From: Convolutriloba macropyga
Taxonomy: Eukaryota
Direction of reading: 5' to 3'
Assembly (NCBI RefSeq): GCF_964194025.1
Contig: NC_134474.1
Location: forward strand, 44,888,001 to 44,952,000
DNA: 64,000 bases
Each line of letters begins with the position of its first letter. The first letter of the stretch is position 1. The notes under the pieces were generated by a model. That model had not been told where the DNA came from, did not search any database, and was given only the letters and a program-made list of their open reading frames with translations. A program made the position numbers and the translations under genes. This document shows positions 1 to 13,636 of this stretch, one piece after another.

Positions 1-149
1 TTTGTTTAATTTTGCTATTTCTTAAGTATTGTTATATAATCACAATAATGACAGGCCGTGTTGGCATTGAAAAGAGTCCCAATCAAACTTACATAAAGGT
101 TTGAGTCATGTTTTTTGTGTTAAGTGGCTTCAAGAACCTTTTTATGGAA

Positions 150-431
150 TATTTGCGTTGTCTGACCCATTTGACTTTTCGTCTTCAAAAACGGGATAAA
201 GAGGTGAATAGATCAACCCCCCCCCCCAATCCCCACGCCTGCACATCCTTCAGGCCGTAAAGAAGTTGTCGCGTGCACCCCCACCCCGCTGCGGCCACTT
301 CAATTGAGCTAACGCTAGCCTCACTAAACCGTAGCTAGTTGCTGAACTAAACCGTAGCTAGCTACTGACGAAGCCAACCGCTGGCTGGTCGTTTGAGAGC
401 AATTCGCGCGATGTTAATCGGTTATGTTTTT
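150..431 (+). mobile_element. Helentron/HINE-like element family 1, 3' end
   Basis: 3' subTIR gtttgagagcaatt (391-404), then hairpin cgat-gtta-atcg and ggttatgttt. Body shared with 32250-32555 and 34180-34333. Confidence 0.6.
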
Positions 432-1200
432 GTAGTTGTTAGTTTTTCTGATTATACTCTCATTTATGAGAAATCCCATGCACGTTCTTGTAAAGTGAAC
501 ATTACTCTATATTGGTTTTATGTTCTAATTGATCTTTTTATCACTTCGACAGTTTTCATATTTGTTAGTTTTTGATACTACACAATGTGTTTTTTTGTTG
601 TTGAATTTTCTCCTTGTCCTTTTAATTACGGGTCCCATTAATGTTCAATTGAGACCCATATGAACATTTATAATCCTTTCAGTCGACAGCTAATAACATT
701 AATGAGTTCAATGCTGAGTGATTTCGTAAATTGTTTATAAATGTTGGAGTTTTGTCCGTATTTGTTATGTTATATGACTTAGTTGAACCAACGACGGGTC
801 CCATGACTTCCTAAGAAGTTATAAGATTGCAACAAGTATTTTTTGTTAAATGCTAGTTTTTTAAAACCTGACTTTCGATATTATTTGTCTTTAATTAATT
901 CCTCGGATTTTACCTCTGACACCCTTTTTTTCATTTTTTTGACGACAAGTTACCTAGTCGCACTAGAGAAAGGTGCCGTACTCTTTCTGAAAAATGAAGT
1001 GAAGTGATTGAAAAGTGAAATGGTGTTGAGTAGATTTTATGTGATTCTTTTTGGCTTGGTTTTTAAGTATTTTCAATTGCTCTCAAACGAATTTTGCTTG
1101 ACTCTTTTGCGCTTTTGTTCTGGAATGTTCTTTGAATTCTTGAATGACTGTTTGACACTTTAATGCTTCATTTTTGAGTGATCTTAGTTGCTCTCAATCT

Positions 1201-1578
1201 GAAATAAATTTAGTTGGTTAAAGGGATTGTGACTGAATAGAGATCAAAGCTTTTATTGCTGAGTTGTTAAGATGTCAGGATGCCAACTTGATTTCCAGGT
1301 TTGAAACTCAACGGAGAAATTTTTTTGCACCCCTAAAACATTTCTAAGCGACTCCTCTTTATTAAATTGCGTCCGATTGTCGTTCGGGGGTAGCTCTTCC
1401 GACTTCAGTCGCTTTGTTTGAAAATATTAATTACGGCAAAAATTCAATATCTATTTAAGCATCGGGGTTGAAACCTGACCTGGACCTCCAGGTTGGTAGC
1501 CTGACATCTTAACCACCCAGCTACAAATATTCTGATTCGCTTTCGCCGTAATGCCAAGGCGACAAGGCATTTTATTTC
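1201..1578. repeat. diverged inverted repeat with tRNA-like (Gly-like) motif in each arm
   Basis: gttaagatgtcagg (1266-1279) is the exact reverse complement of 1500-1513. The minus arm reads gtagctgggtggttaagatgtcagg-ctaccaa-cctgg...ggtttcaaccccg, with A-box, anticodon arm and B-box-like parts. Confidence 0.55.
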
Positions 1579-1689
1579 TTTTATTAGTTTCAGTTTTTAT
1601 CAAAATTTACTCAAATCAATTACTTTCAATCAGGATTTGAATTTTTGAAAGTTGCCTATCTCCTCCTCCTCCTTTTGTAGACAATTAAC

Positions 1690-1770
1690 CTAACGAAAAT
1701 TGTAGATGAACAGGGTCGGAACATTATGTGCAAAAGCACGTACCAAGCCTCCTTTCTTGTGGCTCGATAT
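1690..1770 (+). mobile_element. HINE-like family 2, 3' end
   Basis: gatgaacagggtcggaacatt (subTIR 1713-1723), similar to 26697-26760. Confidence 0.5.
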
Positions 1771-3880
1771 AAATATGTTCACTGGTGTATGTTTTTGTGG
1801 TATATGAATGTTTAAGATGTCATTATACATGTATGAGTATTAAGAGATAAGTGTCCGCTGCAAAAATCCCAGATAAACAACAGATTTGTTCTGATCAATC
1901 CTCGGTTTAACTCTTGCATTCCAGAAGAGCAATTTTAAACGTTTGTCAATGAACTTAATTTTAAAGGTTCGCCAATGAACGTGATGACCTATTTTTTAAG
2001 CTCTGGCTTTCTAATGACGCAATTTTGGAGGATTGGAAACTTGCCTAGTGTTACAGCTTAGCAGATGTTTTGTTCAATATCAAAATTGCGAATTTAAGCC
2101 TTTCGCTTGCTGCTACTGGTTCTGCTCTTCTAATCTGCACGATCAACAGATGCGAGTGTGAATACTGTTTTGCTAAAAATTTTCCATTCTTAAAGAAATC
2201 TTAGGTGCCCAGTTGGCTCGAGAAATTTGTAATAACAATCGACAAGTCATTGCGAAAAGCAAAACAGTAATCACTTCAGCCTTGTAGTTTCCAATATTCT
2301 GCAATATTCCCTAAGTTTTTTTCGTATTTCAAACTTTGCAAATTTGCTATAAGAGACTATTTGGATCCTTCCATGCCGACACATTTACCGACCCTCCTTG
2401 TTTGCTTTTATGGGACTTTCATCCAGCTTTCAAGTGTGGCGGTTTTGGTCGTGTGGCGGATCTGTGCTTTTGTATGTGAGCTTTTGGCTATGTGTCACAT
2501 GTTTATTTGTTTCCAACTGACTTTTTTGAATAGGTTTTGTTCGACCAGGAACCTTGGACTAGTGGATAAAATTTTGTTTCTTAACGCTCTAATTCGATTT
2601 AGAAGCTACTGGACTGCTTGTTTATTGTTTGAGAAATAAAACAGCCGCCGTTTTGTTTCGCTTTGCAAGTTACGCATGATCATGACATGGAATGATGCAA
2701 CACAATTCTTAGTTTTTATTATAAAGACGAAACTAACGCTACTATCTGTTAGAATCACGTGAATGTCCTCCGATTTCAAAATGTCCTCTAAATTTGATAT
2801 TGTTTGATTAGTTCTAAATACTATCAATCAGAAAATATAAACGAGTTTCTAGACGAAGGACAGGTGTTTTGCTCAAGCTTTCTTGATATAAATAATGAAT
2901 ATGGTGCCTTTTTGCTATGAAAATTGAACTCAGAATTTATAATCAAATTTCTTAATTAGTTGCCTTTTTGTGCAATTGATATTAGTCATTTTTTTTCTGA
3001 GACTGATGTTATCTCTGTAGCTATTGTAAGATCTTTCTGGCGCTTTGCAGTGCTGTTAGCTAGCTGTATATGAAAAGCAGTAGGCTTATTAGCTCTGATT
3101 AATTTAATTTCCCCTTCCATTTGTGGGACCGTCTCCCCTGAGACAGATCTCACTCCCGAATTTAGTGAAATTGGACGTTTCCAATTAAGTCACGAGTGTA
3201 GTTAAATGTGTTCATCTCTCCCCAAAATGCCACTCGGTATGAACACTTGAGTTTGTTCACGTGGTTGACTAGGTATGCCTAATTTGCATATCTAATTTAA
3301 CAACCAATTTAAATTCTGATTAGATTCTTCTTTTCCCGAGAAGGCAGGCCGAGATTTACTGGCTGAGATTACAATTTACGGCCAGTTGGGAAAAAATTCT
3401 CCCTCCTTGTGGTACTTGAGAACAATCGTAAGCAATGAGTTGTAGCTCCGTTAGATGAAGTGGTGATCATAAATGGTGCATAAAATTCCGTGATTGCTGT
3501 TTTTGATGTTCAATGCACAACTCTTCAAGACCGGTTGCTTCTCGTGTAACATTTTCACCAGACTTTTTGACCATTTGTGCTCGAATTATTTGATTAACTA
3601 GATGGAAAACAATTAAAAAAAAGAACGCTAGAAGTTCTGAATGGTTTTAGATAATTTTTAATTGATATAAACTTTAAAAGTTCATAAATTTCAAAATGGT
3701 AATTGGCCAAGAAAAGAGTTGTGTCAAGAGTTTCACATTTCGTCGATATACAACTTAAGCTGTGTAGCCTAAGAGCGAATGTATTTTGCAAAGTTATAAT
3801 AGAAGAGTAATTGCGTGATCATGACTACGAATACTCATGCTTTTCGTCCAAAACCGACTTGCTTGTATATGTTGTTTTAG

Positions 3881-4083
3881 GGTAATGACCAGAACAGGTT
3901 TGAACTGGCAGCATATGCCCTGAACCCAGACGTGAAAGTGATTGCCCCGTGGAGAATGCCAGAATTCTTCAACCGATTCCAGGGCAGACCAGACCTGCTC
4001 AAATACGCAGCCGAGAAGGGTATCCCGGTTGATGCTACACCCAGTGAGCCCTACTCCATCGATGACAATCTCATGCATATTAG
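3881..4083 (+). CDS. ASS1: argininosuccinate synthase, internal exon (203 nt)
   Basis: ttttag| [67 protein letters not shown](S) |gtacgt. Matches the ASS GNDQVRFE...KVIAPWR...NLMHIS region. Ends in phase 2 (AG). Confidence 0.97.
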
Positions 4084-4116
4084 GTACGTGTACTCAATTT
4101 TGAAAAAGAAATTTTT

Positions 4117-4465
4117 TGTTCCGACCCTCTTAGTGGGGGGGGGGGGGGGGGACTATATAGTGAGCTGGATTTTTTTGCTCTGTCAATTTTCGGCGATCGA
4201 TATATTCATCGTGCAGAGCTGTGAATGATATTATTATAAAGCCCTGCAGTGTAGAATATATAGTTAAAAAGATTTTTCCCCAGGCGTTATGGAGGTTTGA
4301 AGTTACGTGAAAATTTGCCTGATTTCCGGTGTTTTTTTCATCTTCCGTAATTATTGCTCAATTTTGCTAATTTTTTGACGATTGACATTTTTATCGTAGA
4401 GAGTAGTGGGCGGAATCATTATAGAACTCATTAAGCGTAGAATAATAAATTAAAGAGTTTTTTTT
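4117..4465 (+). mobile_element. HINE-like family 2, 5' part
   Basis: Starts tgttccgaccc, then a hairpin/G-run and actatat, as at 23289. An inverted homologue lies near 17130-17220. Confidence 0.55.
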
Positions 4466-5522
4466 ATAGCTGTGAAGCTGTAAGCTGAGCGGAGCTATAT
4501 TGCGGTGCTCTTGGTTTTTTTGTAGCTGCGAAGCTGTAAGCTGGACGGAGCTTTATTGCGGTGTTCTTGGTTTTACAATTCAAAGATTTTTCAATTCAAA
4601 GAATTTGAATTGTATTGGGGCGATGTCTTTTTTTTAAGATCTGTTTGCACGTTTTCATAATTTTTGATGTCAAATTGGACTAGTGATTTTGGTCACGCCG
4701 AAACAGGAAGTGGAGTGAAAAAGCGAGTGGTTTTGAGGCGTGAAATTTTTAAACTCTAATTTTAAAGTAGAGTGAGAAAACGGTGTTTGAACAAAAATTC
4801 GCTCTCTCGCTAGTGGTTTTTTGTTCACATGCGGCAATTTCACTTTAATTTTTACAGTTTTTTCCACTTTTTTGTATCGGGTTTGTTTCTATATGGTTAT
4901 CGCAATCCATTCATAAGTCATTCTAGGCCATTTTTTTTACCGGATTTTTTAGTGGTTTTCCCAATTCACTCTTAGTCCATTCTAGGTCTAGTTTTCGCTA
5001 ATTCAATCAAAAATCTCTGAATTGTACGTCAGGACTTGTCCGGCTTTGTTTTTTTCGTCGTCTAACGCTCTTTTTCGTTTTATATTTGTTCACACAGCAA
5101 AGCTGAAGTCTTCTTCCGCTGAATTTTCTGCATGACTTCTTCCTCTAATTAACGGCATTTGCGCGCGTGACGTCATTTCTCTCTCTCTCTCTCCCCCTCT
5201 AGCAAAGGTTTTTTGCGTGATTAGATTTTGATCATAAGTGACTCACCTCACTCAATAAAATGACTTTTCCACTTTAAAATTTAAGTTTATTTTGAATTAG
5301 TTTAAGGTCAAAGGAACTCATATATGAAATAAAGGTCCATAATGAAAAGGATTCTGCGCAATGAATTTTAACAAGCTTTATTAATTTATCGCTGGATTTT
5401 TTTACATAGCTTTTTGAGCGGCGTCAATAGCTTTTCAACTTATATCTGTAACTTTCTATCTCTATCATACGGCACGCAATTCTATTCTTTCGCAGCTATT
5501 CCGTTAATCTGCCGGCTATGTT
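4466..5522 (+). mobile_element. HINE-like family 4 element (nested)
   Basis: 5' atagctg(t/c)gaa (duplicated at 4466 and 4522). 3' ttcgcagctat (5489-5499), then a weak hairpin and ggctatgtt. T-rich flanks. Confidence 0.6.
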
Positions 5523-6327
5523 CTTGAATTTCTACCTCTTCGGAGTGTTATCGAGGTTTAAGTTGTTCTGAACATTTTAACTGTTTGTTCACTTTCTCAA
5601 AACGTTTTGTCAAAATTTTGTTAATTTGTTCTGGAACCAAGTTTGAAGTAATTATTGTTAACGGAAAATTCTATTAATAATAACTTTTCTTAATATCACT
5701 AAAAACAAGTTGATTCGCGTTTTGTTTTTTGAGGCTTAAACTAATTTGATGGGTCGCTGTTTTCAGAATTATTACTTGTTTTAGTAGAATGTATCGTGAT
5801 TTTTTTTTGTTTTCGGCCTCTTTTTTGTTGTTTTGTCTTATTGGGTCGTTTTTCTGACAGATCCCATCAATATACTAGCAAATTAGAACTGAATTATTTT
5901 TAGTAATTTCAGTTTTCATCTGTCAATCATCAATCAGGCTTTGATATGTTTTCGCAATTTAACGCCATTAATTTTCAATGAGAAAGATAGTTTTCTAAGT
6001 TTTCCGCTTTTCGTTTTTAATATAGCGTATGTAAGTTCATATGTTTTACCCACTGACAAAAGTAGTTGGTATTGTAAAGATTTTACTAGTCAAGTCATTA
6101 TTTTATTCATTTCCTTGTTGCAATTCGCGACCGGTCCTGCCTTTTTACTTTTAATTTTGCATCGTCCTCCTGAATTAATGTTCACGTCTTCTCAGCAAGC
6201 AACAATCTAGATACTTATTAAGCAGGATTTTTCAAAGACATCATTTTTTGGATTTGCAATAGATTTGGAATTCAGAATATAGTTTGGCAAAATTAGGCGT
6301 TTACGCGATAATTTTTCGCTGCTTGTG

Positions 6328-7951
6328 AAATATATCAGTTGATTTCTTTTTGTTCAACCATATTTTTATTCAGTATAATTTTTGTCCATTCTGGTGAAAT
6401 GAAAAATTGACCTCAAAGGTATACACATCTGTCTGTAGGTGAGAATCCATCATGTAATATTGAGGATCCAATACCCTGTTTTATTTTGAAAGTTTTCTTT
6501 GTACTTCATAGAAAAGGTAATTTAGCCATGATTTTCAATGAGCAGGATCGGAAATTTTATTCCAACGCAAAATTGCGGAGTTTTCTCGTACACAAATTTT
6601 TGATAACAAGGTCTATTGGTGATATGCGTTTGCTGATAATTTTCCAACCTTTAATATTCCAACGGAGTTCTTAAAATTGAAAAAAATATAAGCTGTTGGT
6701 CCTACATGTACATCCTACATTTGCACTCAACGTTTTAATAATTGAAACAGTTCCTTATTTTGAATAATTCTGAACAATTTCATTGCTAAAAAATTTTGAA
6801 CCAGTTTTTGTATAATTTAATATCCGTAAATTAGGGGTTGATTTATGATGAAATATCTATTATTCGTTGTGGTGAAACATAAAATTTATATAGGGCATTA
6901 TTGTTTTAACGGTGAAATTGAAAAGTTGCAAGAATCTTCGAAGATTTTGAAGTCACTTGTAAGTTTCGAAGCTAATTGGCAGTTTGACTTACGCATAAGT
7001 TGCTCGAACTCATAAAATCTGATATTTAAGCGTTTGTTTCAGAGAAAATATAAAACGCCCTTCCATATAAATTCAAAATATTGAAGCAAAATCTTTTCTC
7101 AAGTCTTAAATTCTTGAACAACCAAGGCACAGACCAATAGAGACAAATGCTGCCATTTCATTGCAAGGTTTGTCTTCAGACATGCAATTGTTTTGTTGAA
7201 AGGGGTAGACTTCTAAATACAGTTATACCAGTCAACTTCATAGCTCCTCTGTCCTGTTTTTGGTTTAAATATATCAGCTGATTTCTTTTTGTTCAACCGT
7301 ATTTTTATTTATTATAATTTTTGGCCATTCTGGTGAAATAAAAGATTGACCTCAATGGTATACACATCTGTCTGTAGGTGAGATTTCATCATGTAGTATT
7401 GAGGATCCAATACCCTGTTTTATATTGAAAGTTTTCTTTGTACTTCATAGAAAAAATAATTAAGTCATGAATTTCAATGAGCCGGATCGGAAATTTTGTT
7501 CTAACGCAAAATTTTGTTCTTATTTATGATGAAATATCTATTATTCGTCGTGGTGAAACATAAAATATATATATGGAATTTTTGTTTTAACGGTGAAATT
7601 GAAAAGTTGCAAGAATCTTCAAAGATTTTGAAGTCACTTGGAAATTTTGCAGCTAATTGGCAGTGTGACTTACGCATAAGTTGCTCAAACTCATAAAATT
7701 TGATATTGAAGCGTTTGTTTCAGAGGAAATATAAAGCGCCCTTCCAAATAAATTCAAAATATTGAAATAAAATCTTTTCTCTTGAATTCTTGAACAACAA
7801 GTCTTAAATTCTTGAACAACCAAGGCACAGTCCAATGGAGACAAATGCTGCCATTTCATTGCAAGGTTTGTTTTCAGACATGCAATTGTTTTGATGAAAG
7901 GGGTAGACTTCTAAATACAATTATAATGGTCAATTTCATAGTTCCTCTGTC
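6328..7951. repeat. tandem duplication (~930 bp plus an internally deleted ~680-bp copy)
   Basis: 6328-7254 recurs at 7268-7951, without the equivalent of ~6575-6840. Confidence 0.85.
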
Positions 7952-10479
7952 TTCTTTAAATAACCTGACCTGTATTTGGCAAAAAGCAATCTTTTATTTT
8001 TCACAAAAATGGGCGGTGTCTCAGTTAATCAAGCCGCGATCAACAGTCGCTTTTCCGCATTTGCGGGCTGAAAACAAACCACACTAACAACACAACCAAA
8101 GGGATTAAAAGCTGTTGGTAGTGATTAATTCCGGGTCGTAAAAAGCACATTACAGCCCGTATAAAGTCAGAGAGAGAACATTTATTTGCTGGGGATTTCA
8201 CTTAATCAGTCTTGCACAACACTGCCTCGTAAGATGATTAGTTTTGAATGCTTTCAAGCTACGTCATCAACGCTGTTGGAGCTCCAAAAGGCTGAATGGA
8301 ACGTGAACAGAAATTAGGAAAAAATAATTATATACAGCGTCACCAAAAAGTGGTCACATGTTTTTGTGAGCGTATTCGGTTGAAAGATTAAGAAAAACAA
8401 TTTGTTTACCGTTTTGTTTGCGGGAGACCGGTGCCTTTTGTTTAGATCAAAAGTGGCAATTAGGAAAAGATCAGCTTATTAGGCAGATTAACTCCTTTGA
8501 ACATCTGAGTTGGGTCTTTGAATACAAACTGGGCAGGAAAAGGCAAATTGCGTGCTTTGTTTTTGAATAGGCTGAAGCAAAGTAGACAAAACGCTAATCT
8601 ATCGTCTCCTGACTTCGCTTAATAGTTTAGAAATCTTTTAGTTCTTTCAAAGGAGCGCCATCTTTGTGTTGGTAATGTGCCTTGAGTTAACAAACTAATG
8701 CATCAAGTTCCAATTTATTTTGAAAATTGTGTTTTCAATTGTTTATTAATTGCTATCCAACGAGGTTTGAAGCACTTATTGTAGTCGTGTTTTTAATGCA
8801 AAATGTTTAACCGTTTTTAAATGACTTTTTTTGAACTTGACTTTTTCTATTTTCGTCATCTAAAATTGCTCTCTCATTCACAAGTTGCTGAAATCAAATG
8901 GTTGTCTTTTGCTACTAAAAGTCAATTGAAGAATTCGCCGAAACTGGTTTCATCTTTCCTGTTTAAATTTAAATAAAGTTCACTTCATGGCTGTTTGTGC
9001 ACACGGGTTTTTCTCCAGCTTCATTTTTTCTGCAGTGTTTCCCTGTTGGAATTGTAAGGTTCTCCTAAAGAAATTTTCTTCTTCTTGAAATTTTTAATGC
9101 AAATGATATGTGGGATGCTCTTATTTAGAATCAGCAGTGGTAACTTTCTCCAAGGAGTTTTTGTTTTTAGTGCGATGTGAAAACTGCTGCGAAGACTATA
9201 AAAACTCAGATTGAAGTTCTTAAATTGACTATATTTCCAAGGACCTTGTTTTCGATTTCATCGTCTTGAATAATTATGTCCACTCTCTTTGTGGAAGCAA
9301 AGTATTGGACTTAATTGAGATATTAGCTACTATAATTTTAATCTATTTTATAATATTTATCGGACCATTAATTAATAGCTATCGCTTTACCTTATGATCT
9401 GTAAAGTCTTTTTATGAGTAATGAAAATGAATATTTTCATGCAGCTTTAGACTAATTTAAAACGTGCTTCAACTTTTGCATGTTTTCATGATTGTTCGAG
9501 AGAGCATTTGAGAATTAATTGATTTTACTTTGAGCTGTGATGCTTAAGAGACGTATTTTATTTCGTCTGTACATCAATCAGTCGGTTGTTTTTTTTTCAG
9601 AATATGAACTTTGGATCATTGAAACATTATTGGTAAGGGACTTGTACAGCGATAGCTTTGAAAGTTAAAACCAAAGGCCTTAAGAAGATAAGCTACAATT
9701 GAGCGCAGCAATAAAGGCATTCAATCTACCCAATTTTATCTGCTTAAATCTTGAAAGCGAATCTTATCTCCCTACCCTGCGTGGCCCTAATTTGGTAACC
9801 TTTTTTCTCGCCCTGTTGGGCTGAAAGAGCTTTCGCTTCCTTTATCAAACAGAGAGGGAAGTTAAGGCTGCGTGGCGTCTTCCAATCTTTGAATCTTATC
9901 ATCTCTGCCTCCACGTGAAATGAAATCACGCCTAGTCAATGCTAACTTCACAATTTGTTCATGTTTTTTCTCCTACGTAACTTGGGTTGTGCTAACTCGA
10001 AGCCTCAGTTCGTTGTTGAGGTTTACTGAATATAGAAGTGCAATGAGTTGACTATCTAGTGTTCAGGTATCATGAGTTGACTATCTAGTGTTCATAATTG
10101 ATTGTGGTCTTTTTTGACCATCCGGGTTGATGGTCATACGAAATTTTAGGTGAATGTACAATGACATATCATTCCTTGATACGAGTTGTGAAGCCGTGTT
10201 TTTCTTTCAGTTTTACTTTTTACTCAATCGGGTTTTTCTGCAGGCTCTGAATTCGTCCTTTAAGAGGTGACTAAACTTTTTTTGACAAATTACCGCAACC
10301 AATTTTTGTTCCAAACATTTAAATTAATAATATAACTGAAAGGTTAAAATTTAAATGCCTTCAGAATAAACAGAATTATATAGAAATAATAAAGATTATA
10401 CATCAATCTACTATTGCACTTTTGGTTATTGATTCATATTACCCATTAAGATGTTCGTTCCTTTATGTAAAAATGGAAA

Positions 10480-13400
10480 CCGATTGATATTTATTGTCTC
10501 TATAGTATACTGTCATTCTGACATTGCAAGAACTCTTGAAATTCGTTTGAAAAGTAGTTTTTCTTTATCGCTCTTACATTAAAAACTAACTAATACAACT
10601 TTTGCATGCTCATCAAAATAAAAGTTCCTTTATTCTGCTTAGTATGCTTTTGCGTTCTTATTATCAGTGGTTTTGTCAGTTTAATCTTTTGTAATTTTGG
10701 TTGGTTTGCACTTCTTTTAAAGGTTTCAGATGTACCTCGCTGACTCAATTCTATGTGAAGTTTCATCAGAATCAACTTCGAAGTAATTAATTCAGCTGTT
10801 AGGAGGGTGATTTAAGAATATCACGGCAATGAACATACATACTTACGACGCAACTAACACACTTTTATGTCCCAATTAATCTGTCCATTTATACGCTATA
10901 TATTCCTTGCTAACAATGTTATAACAATGGAAACTCCACTGAATGAAAGGTAAGCGAGCACTGAGGATTTGAAAAATTGTAGTCTTCTTTCCAAAGGTAT
11001 ATGATTTTTTACCAGATATAGTGAGCGAATAGCAGCCGCCATTTTTCTTAGAACTACGTTTAGAATTACTGAAAATGACAATTTGGTGTCAAGGTGTATC
11101 TCTAATTAACGACAGCCCTCATCAGATTTTCCCATTTAAAGTAACTTTCGGTTCTAATTCATCTCTGGTAGAGAAAAAACTAGCTTTGTTTTATAAGTTT
11201 TTAAAGTTGATTTTACTTCAAGTACATGAGTGTCTCCAGTAAAATACTTTCAATTTTGCTTGCAGTTTTTTCTCCTGTTTCGTATCCTTATAATTTACTA
11301 GTGCCGTCTGCAAATTGTACAGTCTCATTTAAGTTTGATTTTTTTTTGCGAGAAATTGTTCACTTATAAAAGAAAAATTAATGGTCCTATAACAGTGCCT
11401 CGCGGCACGCCATGACTAACAGAATTTTTCAGACATCCGGGAGATTGTAACGCACTGTTACGTTTTCCTGAAAAGATTAATGAATTACCTCTTCGCCTTT
11501 TCAGAAAGATTTTTGTGCGAGGTTGAATTGAATGCTTTTGCAAGGTCTAAGAGAGTTGCTGCGGTGTTTTTTCCGTTTTCCATGTTTTCTATTACTGTCT
11601 TAGTGAAAAACAACACTGCATCTGTTAGCAATGTTTTGTTGGATTCCAAACTAATTGTTCTCATTGATGTAATTCATCATTTTCGTTAGCACTAGTTTCT
11701 AGAAAAATTTAGCGAATGTTGGTAAGACCGATGTTGGTCGATAGTTGCTTATTTGTGTAGTTGAACCTTTTTAAAGAATTGGTGACATGCGTGTATTAGA
11801 ATACTTGGAAAAATACTCTTTTGAATGTTATCAATAAATTTTAAATGCCTATTTGTGCCAGTTGCATGTTTTCCTGTTTTTAGAGCCCACGCATTGACAT
11901 CCTTGACCCGGCGATTTAGTGTTGTCTAAGTTGTCAATGGCTTGACTCTAAAGTTGCATTTTTCAGATAGTTCTCGAGGTTTTGTATATTTAGAGGAACA
12001 ATATCACCATAATGGTCGCCCATTTCCCCAATCCTTGTACTGGAGGCATTGCAATCTGTTTCAATTTCAAACACGTTAACACCTGTTTTGTGGTTTCCTA
12101 ATTTTTTATTGATGATATTTTATTTCTGCTTAAATGTCCGATCGCTCAAAAAATCAGGAGGGTATTTTTACCGTGCCTCATCTAGTCTTCAATTCACTAG
12201 GTTACGGCATTTTTTGAACTATTGGAAAATTACATAGGTTTCAGAGACTTTGTATTGATTTTGCAAATGATATTCGGCTAATAATTTTTGGGTTCTGATC
12301 TGCACAGATTTTTATGGGTGCATGTTGTTCAAGTACAATTTCAAAATTCATTAAATTTGTGAACATTCCATTGCAATTTTCATATTGGTACATAGTACGG
12401 CAATCCGCAACAGCCAAATCCCTATTGAGTTTTGCCCCCGAAAAACATTTCCTGTTTCTTTTTAAACAATAACCATCTTCGTTTCTCTCAATGAAATATA
12501 GTTTACTCTGATAAAATATGATCTTATGGTCAACAGCAATTGGAGGTGATCAAATTTTTTGTCCTACGATTTGATTTTTTGACAAAGCAGTGATCGATAC
12601 GCAATCAATTGGTTTTGCTGATGCGTGTAGAAGTGTTCTTATTTGTAGCGTTTGATGCCGGACATGTAAAAGTATCAAGCATTCCTTTCTCTTTTCGTTG
12701 ATTTGGTCAGAATTGTAGTGACCAATTAGAAGAGTATTGTCTGTTATTGAATTTGCAGTAGATACTAAAGCATTTTTAATTGGATTGTACGAACTGTTCA
12801 CCAAACATTTATTTTTCAGAGGTTCATGAATTTCAAGCCACATTCATTCAAAGATACTGGTGTTAGCGATCTCAAATTCTTTCCATCGTTTAACATTGAA
12901 GTGTTTAGGAATCCAAATTCCAGCATCACAACTTCTCTGTATTCCAGTTTGTTTTGAGCGAGCGTTTTGTAAGAAAAGATTTTCTTTGCTAATATTGACA
13001 TAAGTGTCTTGCTGTTCGGTAATCCAAGTTTCAATTACTATAAAGATTTTTTTGAATCTATTTAATGAAGTAAATGCTCCGAACTTTTTTAAATGCTACG
13101 CCCAATATTAAAAAAATGTTCAAACACAACTCTGTGATGGATCGAGTACTTTGTGAAAAATCGAAGACTTGGAAGTTTTGATGGGAACAGGATTTTCTTC
13201 AACATCACCGCAAAGTAGATGTTTTTCCTTTTGATTTATACGTTGTCCAAACATTTCATATTTTTGTATTCAGTTTTTTGTTCGAAGATTTGGCAAACCA
13301 TGGCGGCTTAAAGTAGATAGTTACAATATTTTTTACCCAGAGGTTGATTTCGTTGCAGCCAACACAAGCCATTGCGTCTGTATTTTTTAACCACCTGAAG
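10480..13400 (-). mobile_element. decayed LINE (APE-RT) inside the ASS1 intron
   Basis: Minus-strand remnants SNYRPTSVL (~11725-11750), LLDLAKAF (~11530-11553), HGVPRGTVIGP (~11383-11414), VQFADGT (~11301-11320) and LRKMAAAIRSLYLVKNHIP. Many stops and frameshifts; ends approximate. Confidence 0.85.
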
Positions 13401-13499
13401 TAATCAGTAGTTCATTTGTTGTCTTCGAGTCTAAGTTAGCATTTTTGTCGCCTGTGCTTCCACCACTTATTTTTAGTACCAAAATCGGTTGCAATTACC

Positions 13500-13636
13500 G
13501 CAAATTCGTTGCAAATGGTATTGAAAAACGTTGCAAATGATGGCGAAAAACTTTGCAAATGATAGTAGAAAACCGTTGCAAATGATAGTGAAAAAAGTTG
13601 CAAGTGATAGTGAAAAACGTTGCAAATGATAGCGAA
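13500..13636. repeat. 22-bp minisatellite, ~6 copies
   Basis: Unit is approximately gaaaaacgttgcaaatgatagt. Confidence 0.9.

Noticed and set aside
1-3880. Upstream ASS1 exons (N-terminal AYSGGLDTS...HGATGK part)
   Set aside because: Not found by eye; they presumably lie upstream of the window.
3794-4078. Minus-strand ORFs at 3794-4078 and 28761-28958
   Set aside because: Antisense shadows of ASS1 exons.
13500-13636. CRISPR-like array
   Set aside because: Contiguous 22-bp units with no unique spacers, eukaryotic context, no cas genes.
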